DNA from: Eledone cirrhosa
Taxonomy: Eukaryota
Direction: 5' to 3'
DNA: 64,000 bases
NCBI GenBank assembly: GCA_964016885.1
Contig: CAXHJY010000517.1
Coordinates: forward strand, 145,563 to 209,562
In this document: positions 56,369-64,000 of the stretch, in pieces
How positions within the stretch are numbered: position 1 is the stretch's first letter
How the letters are laid out: each line of letters begins with the position of its first letter
Made by a program: the position numbers and the translations under genes
Notes under the pieces: model-generated
The model's input: the letters and a program-made list of their open reading frames with translations, nothing else
Told to the model about the DNA's origin: nothing
Databases searched by the model: none

Positions 56369-59300
56369 CTACAGGCTGATATAGAGAGAAGGCCCATTCA
56401 CTCGGGCCATTCTCGCCACTTTCACCCACCTTTCATAAAACTTGCTGGGGTACAGCACCTCTCTCTCCATCCTGATTCTTCTTCCAAAGTGGTATTTGAA
56501 AAAAGAATCAGTTGTTGGCCGGAGAGAAAGGTGTCTGACCTCAGCCCTTTCAACGTTGTCCACCATACAACCTCTTTCGCCATAGCTATCACACAAAGGA
56601 AAACCGCCTCTCCTTCGTTTTTGAAGGAGGGTGGCGGTTTGATCATGACAATGGACTCGGTGGTCAACCGGATTGGTCCCACCCGCGACAATAGTCGTTC
56701 TACATAGCCCCACAGGTCAGTGACGCCCGGGCAGTGTATGGATGCGTGCGCGACGGTTTCTTCGTCTCGCACGCACCTCGGACAGATCTTTTTTGCAGGG
56801 TCCCTGCCCGGGCGCCCATGTCTGTAGAGCTTGTCTCGAACTGGTAGAGCTCCTCGGTAGCACTGCCAGGCCAGGGACTTTTGGAAGTTGTCCATCGGTC
56901 CCGGGCGGAAGGTCCTACCGAACAGACTGGCCAGTTCATCTTCACCTAGAGTTTCACCGAGCGCGTCGTCGCACTTGCTGCGGACCAACGCCCTATAGAA
57001 TGACGAAGTGGAGTCTCCACTGATCGCCGGGTCCGCCTGCCAGAGGGCTGTGAGCGCCTGAGCACATTCGATGTGCTAGTCGCCCATTTTCCTCGGTCTT
57101 TGCTTGACCCAGGACTGCAGCTCGGTCAGCGAGACGAGTCGTGGGAAGGCTCGCCTCACGAACGGGGCCCACACCGGTTGTCCGGTGAGGAATACGTAGA
57201 GATGCTGCAGCCTGAGCGCGTGTTTGCGCATCGTCAACCACGGCTTCCCTAGCCCTCCGTTAGAAGGGTGTTGGCAGCAGATGGATCTTCTCACCAAAGG
57301 AGCCCGCCTCTTCCAAAGGAATCGGAAGAGCGCGCGCTCCATTTTGGCGAGCGTTTTGGCTGGACAAGGCACGACGGTCAAGCGGTAGTAGATGGCGGAC
57401 GCTATAAAAGTGTTCGCCACCTCCGCTCGACCTTTCAAGGATAGTTTGCACTCGGCCCACTTCTGGGTGAGTGCAAAGAACTTGGCCGTCACTTCGTTCC
57501 AGTTCTTCTCCACCTGGAGGTCCGGACCAAACGAGACCCCGAGCAGCTTTACCGGTCATTCCGTCCAGCGTCCGACGACGACATCGGAAGGCATCGGTTT
57601 GCCTCTCCACAATCCGAGTTGCAAACCGATGGACTTGTCCCGGTTCAGCTTGGCTCCTGTGAGACTTTCGTATTCCTTCAGTAAGGTGCCGACTTCCTCG
57701 ATTTGCGAGGCGCTCGACACCATTACTGTCACGTCGTCGGCGTAGGCCGACGCCGCTTTCCGCAGTCCCGGTTCCAGAAGGATACCCTGCAATAGCTCCA
57801 GCTTCCGCAGTAGTGGCTCGAGTGTCAGTACGTACAGAAGGGAGGAGAGAGAGCATCCCTGTCGAATGGATCGCGTAATATGGACCGGCTCCGAGAGGTA
57901 GCCGTTCACCTTGACCCTTGAGCAGATGTTGCTGTTGTGCATTGCAGCAATCCAGCCCCTGAATACGGGTCCGAAGCCTGCCGCCTTGAGCACCGCATCC
58001 AGGTAACGATGGTCAACCCTATCGAAAGCCTTAGACTGATCCAAGTTGATCAGGGTCCCGCCGAAGCCGGGTTTATACCCTACCCTCTCTATGATGTATC
58101 GCATGAGGTGGAGGTTGTCGTGTATGGACCTGGTCGGGATTGCGCATGTCTGCGCTTCTCCCACCAGGTTCTCGACGACAAGCGCCAGCCTCTTTGCCAA
58201 CACCTTGGCCAAAATCTGTAACTCTGTGTTTAGCAGAGTTATGGGCCGGAAGTTGCCTATGTCATCCCCCTTATTCTCGTCTTTCCTGATTAGTGTGACC
58301 ACGCCCCCGGTTACAGAACTGGGAATTGTCCCGTTCTGTTGCCAGTTGCAGTAGACCGCTTCCAGGAGACCGGAGAATAAGTCCGGCTTTGCTACGTAAA
58401 ATTCGTAGGGTAGACCGTCGAGACATGGAGATTTGCGTTTGCCGCATTGGCTCAGCGCGTCCCCTATCTCAGTGGCTGAAATCGGCTTTTCGCAGAACTT
58501 TGCCTCGCTGTCCGAGAGTCACGGTAGGCCGTCGAGGTATGGACCGAAATCCATAGCCTCTCCCGGCGCGCCGCTCCCCCCGAACAGCCGAGCAAAGTGC
58601 CGCTGAAAAGCCGCACACATCTGCTTCGGCTCACATATCACGCGTCCGTTTTGGTCCTTCAAAGACCGAATCGTGGACTTGTTGCCACTTTTTGCCTCCG
58701 TCACTCGGGCCCAGCTAACAGCTTTGGCTCCCTCGTTTCCCAGAGCACGTATTTTGCTTCTGACAACGCAGCCCTCGTGCTTTGCGTCGAAGAACTGGTC
58801 CAAGGCCGTTCTCGTTGCTAGCACGCTGGCTACGTTGCCACTTCTAATTGCCTCTTCTACTTTATCTACCAGTTCCTTCTCGGTTCTATTTCTATCTAAC
58901 GCTAATTCTTTACTAAAAACTATCGAGTCTAATCTAACTGCCCTCTTGAGAGAGTACCACCATCTGTTGTTGACAATGGCCCCTGTCAAGTGCTGTTTAA
59001 CTAAAGTGCTAATCCGTCTACTGTAGGCTTTGCTTGTCGGTAACGACAAGTTCAGCTTCCAGTAGCCGGGTCCTTGTCTATGGGTTCTATCAAGGTTGGC
59101 CATGCAGGTCACTAGTTTGTGATCTGAATAGGCAACCATGAACATTTGTGGACAGCTTAACATGTCCCTATTCTTATTTCTAACTAGAACCCTATCTAGG
59201 TACGATCTAGATGTTCCGCTACGATTACTCCACGTCCACAGTGGCGCAGTCGGAAAATCTAGTCGATATCTATCGGCCAGGTCAAATCGGTCGATTAACT

Positions 59301-59795
59301 GTTTGAGGCTGTTACACCCCCCTTTATCGGGACATGCTCCCACATAGTCCCAACGTGCATCTAGGATTCCATTCCAGTCCCCCACTAAAAGCAAGGAGCG
59401 GGACGTTCCCAGAAAAGTCTCTAGACGTTTGAAGAAGTCTGGCCGCGGTGTCCCGGATGGGGCATATGCGGCCACCAGCCTGAAGGCTCCACCTTCACTA
59501 CCGTCAACTTCTAGGACCACCAGTCGACCCTCCGGGTCCAGATGTACCGTCTGTGTTACGAGGCCCAGGTGTTTCCGCAGCAAAACGGCAACTCCGCCCC
59601 CACCCCCCGGTTGACAGAGATGCGTAGATCTCAAAGTCATCGAAGATGGGGGCCAGCTGTCGCTCGCCGTGGATCCTGGACGCAAATGGCTACCACATCC
59701 ATACTATGCGACCTGATGTCGTTTAAGAGTTTGCCCTGTTTCCAGGGCAACCCCAGGCCGCGTACGTTCACACATCCAACTCTTATATTGGCCAT
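56369..59795 (-). pseudogene. Tx1/L1 ORF2 (AP endonuclease, RT, zinc finger), disrupted by frameshifts and stops
   Basis: MANIRVGCVNVRGL start, GDWNG, YLDRV, SDHK, NFRPITLLN, LDQSKAFDRV, RQGCSLS, AYADD, CPRC..ETVAH..C. Confidence 0.92.
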
Positions 59796-59828
59796 GTTGG
59801 TGCTGAAAAGTTAAAAGAGGAAAAGAGA

Positions 59829-60176
59829 TCACTCACCCTTCGCCTCCTGGGGACCAGGCCGCACGATTTCCATGGGGGTGTTGGAGGGGTTGTCTGGATG
59901 GGTGGTGGTTTCCGGCGGGGTGGGGGCGCAGATGTTTGGTGGGGTGGGGTCTGGTGGGATGGGGGTGTCTGAGGTGGGGAGGCATTTGAGAAAGACGCGG
60001 TTGAGTGGTTTCACGCAGGAATTACCCACATCCTTCTCAAATGTTTCTTTTAGGGACCTATAAGTTTGTATAGGGACCCTAATCAGTTTTAGGTTCAGTT
60101 TTTTGCTATTTTTTATAGAGTGGGCGAAAGTTTTCACTTCGGTTTTCACCGAAGGGTCGTTCGTGATGGTCTCCAT
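59829..60176 (-). pseudogene. Putative C-terminal part of Tx1 ORF1
   Basis: 115-aa Pro-rich ORF ending about 33 bp upstream of the ORF2 ATG on the same strand; assignment is positional only. Confidence 0.55.
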
Positions 60177-60246
60177 TAGTGTTTTGTTTTCAGTGTTTAT
60201 GTAAGTGTAAGTGTAAGTGTAAGATAGATAGATAGATAGACAGCAA

Positions 60247-60288
<42 letters not shown>

Positions 60289-60289
<1 letters not shown>

Positions 60290-62034
60290 TATTTCTTTAT
60301 TAGCCACAGGGGCACAAAAGAAGGGGACAAATACAAAGGGGGAAGTTTACATACAATAAAAACGTGTAAAATGTTATCACAGATGGAATTTAAAAGTTAG
60401 TCGATTTTCCCCAATAGAGGGAGACAGTTTATATGGGTAACACAGACCCCCGAAAAAAATGTGCAACCCTCATCTCCAGGAGTACGAAGAGCTTGTACTC
60501 CTTTCCTCTCCTCCTCCTTTTCCTCAACCTACAGGCTGATATAGAGAGAAGGCCCATTCACTCGGGCCATTCTCGCCACTTTCACCCACCTTTCATAAAA
60601 CTTGCTGGGGTACAGCACCTCTCTCTCCATCCTGATTCTTCTTCCAAAGTGGTATTTGAAAAAAAGAATCAGTTGTTGGCCGGAGAGAAAGGTGTCTGAC
60701 CTCAGCCCTTTCAACCTTGTCCACCATACAACCTCTTTCGCCATAGCTATCACACAAAGGAAAACCGCCTCTCCTTCGTTTTTGAAGGAGGGTGGCGGTT
60801 TGATCATGACAATGGACTCGGTGGTCAACTGGATTGGTCCCACCCGCGACAATAGTCGTTCTACATAGCCCCACAGGTCAGTGACGCCCGGGCAGTGTAT
60901 GAATGCGTGCGCGACGGTTTCTTCGTCTCGCACGCACCTCGGACAGATCTTTTTTGCAGGGTCCCTGCCCGGGCGCCCATGTCTGTAGAGCTTGTCTCGA
61001 ACTGGTAGAGCTCCTCGGTAGCACTGCCAGGCCAGGGACTTTTGGAAGTTGTCCATCGGTCCCGGGCGGAAGGTCCTACCGAACAGACTGGCCAGTTCAT
61101 CTTCCTCCACGCCTAGAGTTTCACCGAGCGCGTCGTCGCACTTGCTGCGGACCAACCCTCTATAGAATGACGAAGTGGAGTCTCCACTGATCGCCGGGTC
61201 CGCCTGCCAGAGGGCTGTGAGCGCCTGAGCACATTCGATGTGCCAGTCGCCCATTTTCCTCGGTCTCTGCTTGACCCAGGACTGCAGCTCGGTCAGCGAG
61301 ACGAGTCGTGGGAAGGCTCGCCTCACGAACGGGGCCCACACCGGTTGTCCGGTGAGGAATACGTAGAGATGCCGCAGCCTGAGCGCGTGTTTGCGCATCG
61401 TCAACCACGGCATCCCCAGCCCTCCGTTAGAAGGGTGTTGGCAGCAGATGGATCTTCTTACCAAAGGAGCCCGCCTCTTCCAAAGGAATCGGAAGTGGGC
61501 GCGCTCCATTTTGGCGAGCGTTTTGGCTGGACAAGGCACGACGGTCAAGCGGTAGTAGATGGCGGACGCTATAAAAGTGTTCGCCACCTCCGCTCGACCT
61601 TTCAAGGATAGTTTGCACTCGGCCCACTTCTGGGTGAGTGCAAACACCTTGGCCGTCACTTCGTTCCAGTTCTTCTCCACCTGGAGGTCCGGACCAAACC
61701 AGACCCCGAGCAGCTTTACCGGTCCTTCCGTCCAGCGTCCGACGACGCCATCGGAAGGCATCGGTCTGCCTCTCCACGATCCGAGTTGCAAACCGATGGA
61801 CTTGTCCCGGTTCAGCTTCGCTCCTGTGAGACTTTCGTATTCCTTTAGTAAGGTGCCGACTTCCTCGATTTGCGAGGCGCTCGACACCATTACTGTCACG
61901 TCGTCGGCGTAGGCCGACGCCGCTTTCCGCAGTCCCGGTTCCAGAGGGATGCCCTGCAATAGCTCCAGCTTCCGCAGTAGTGGCTCGAGAGTCAGTACGT
62001 ACAGAAGGGAGGAGAGAGGGCATCCCTGTCGAAT

Positions 62035-62035
<1 letters not shown>
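60289..62035 (-). mobile_element. L1/Tx1-clade element, copy 2 (5'-truncated inside RT; remaining ORF open to the stop at 60529)
   Basis: Near-identical to 56128-57870; 476-aa open frame with AYADD and the C-terminal CPRC motif; (GATA)n on both sides. Confidence 0.93.
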
Positions 62036-62071
<36 letters not shown>

Positions 62072-62212
62072 AAAATAATGATATAAAATAAGTACCTGAC
62101 TAGAAATAAAAAGAAAAAAAATCACTAGACTACACCCTAACACCCTTGAAACGCTTGCTGAACACATAAGCCGAAACCGCATGGCGCCGGGGTCGGAACA
62201 TAACATCTCTCT

Positions 62213-62299
<87 letters not shown>

Positions 62300-62802
62300 G
62301 GTAAGTATATATTATCCGTATGTTTTGTGAAGGTACGTATACCTTCTCGTACGTATATTTGATTGTTATGGCGTATAATTTTTTTATATATTCTGGTACA
62401 TATGGTTCGGCTATGTGTAAACGGGAGTTTTGCGTCTGTGTGAGTATGCAGGTTCGGACGTATGTAGGGCGTGTGTATATGTGTACTTCATGTTTTGGTT
62501 GTCTTACGTCTCCGAACATTCGTGTATTTACATGTAGGTATGTGTGTGCGCTTGATATATACGTATTTATTTATTTATATACGTTTATATAATTATTTAT
62601 TTATTTGTATACACGCTTACACACACACACATATTTATATGTGCGTGGTTTTGTTTACCTATGGTAAGTTTTTGCGTATGCTTGTGTATGTACGTTTCTG
62701 TTTGCGTGTATGTATTTATTTATTTCTATTACTTCTTTATTGTATTTATTTACTTTCTTCTTAACTCCGTAGCGGAGATTCATTCGGTCTCCTAGTTAGA
62801 AT

Positions 62803-63070
62803 TTAGTCTATGACTTCTGCTATACCATTTACGTGGTTTTGTCTTTGCGTGCTATTGTTCTCTACGCCCCACATATGACTTATTATCTTCGTTTTTTTCG
62901 TTCATCGCCAGAGAACGTCTCTATGAACCACCTAAGAGAACATTAGTCTACGACTTCTTTTATACCATAAACGTGGTTCTGTCTTTGCGCGTAATTGTTT
63001 TTCACCGCTCCTATTAATGACGTATTATTCGTTTTTTCCCGTTCTTAGCCAGCGAACGTTTGCACGAACC
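62803..63070. repeat. Direct duplication with period of about 140 bp
   Basis: ttagtcta.gacttct..tataccat..acgtggtt.tgtctttgcg at about 62803 and 62943. Confidence 0.75.
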
Positions 63071-63149
63071 AAAGTATCGTCTTCCTGTCTTCCTCCGGTT
63101 GCAACGTTTTTTGAAATATCCAGTTCTGCGTTTACAGATTGACTTTGTT

Positions 63150-63200
63150 AGTTTCAGAAGATCCCGTTAAGGGTGAAAGCAGCGATTCTTTGCTTAAACT
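63150..63200 (+). ncRNA. Type I hammerhead-like motif (core CAGAAGA)
   Basis: agttt-CAGAAGA-t-ccc(gttaa)ggg-t-GAAA-gca(gcgattctt)tgc-TT-aaact, with distal pairing agattga/ttaatct. Confidence 0.6.
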
Positions 63201-63307
63201 TTAATCTGTTATTTTAATAAATATTTGCTCTACGGTTCTTATATATTTCATATATATTTATCCTTATCGAGCCCTCTTTGGATTTTAGTCTTCAAATTTA
63301 TTATTAT

Positions 63308-63348
<41 letters not shown>

Positions 63349-63592
63349 TGGAGGTATTTATTTACGCTTTAATTTATATTTTTAATTATCGTGTCTATAG
63401 TCTACCTTTCATAGGTTATAGATTCCATACACTGGTGGTTTTTTCCCTGTTTTATTCATAGCGAACTGTATATATCTCTCTGGTGTGTTACCTTTTCAAC
63501 ATATTGTATTTTAAAGCGCTCAGGATATCTTCTCCTTTGAGCACATTATTTACAGGGAATGGCGAGGGCCTATGGCTCCGTTAATCTATCAT

Positions 63593-64000
<408 letters not shown>

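Larger units (their letters stand above)
56128..60222 (-). mobile_element. L1/Tx1-clade non-LTR retrotransposon, copy 1 (3' part of ORF1, full ORF2, 3' UTR)
   Basis: APE + RT + Cys-rich C-terminus; 3' end AATAAAgaaac followed by (TATC)n; (GATA)n at both ends. Confidence 0.9.

Overview
Repeat-dominated, AT-rich eukaryotic (metazoan) DNA with no recognisable host protein-coding gene. The repeat landscape of (TA)n/(GT)n/(GATA)n tracts and abundant tRNA-derived SINEs is most like a cephalopod (octopus) genome; this is an inference. Identifiable elements: a 5'-truncated Penelope-like retroelement (RT + GIY-YIG, probably Naiad-type) at about 5.5-7.3 kb; a decayed full-length Helitron (about 19.5-26.8 kb) and two non-autonomous Helitrons; three RTE-clade LINE fragments; two tandem L1/Tx1-type LINE copies embedded in (GATA)n; more than 15 SINE copies; a Tc1/mariner-type MITE; and several mini/satellite arrays. 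The most striking unexplained signal is about a dozen sequence-diverse type I hammerhead-ribozyme motifs. Most sit in short fold-back (inverted-repeat) modules next to (TA)n tracts, and one has a compensatory U3-A8 core pair. They look like a dense population of Penelope-derived or retrozyme-like mini-elements. All structures were read by eye, coordinates of degenerate repeats are approximate, and no activity has been tested.
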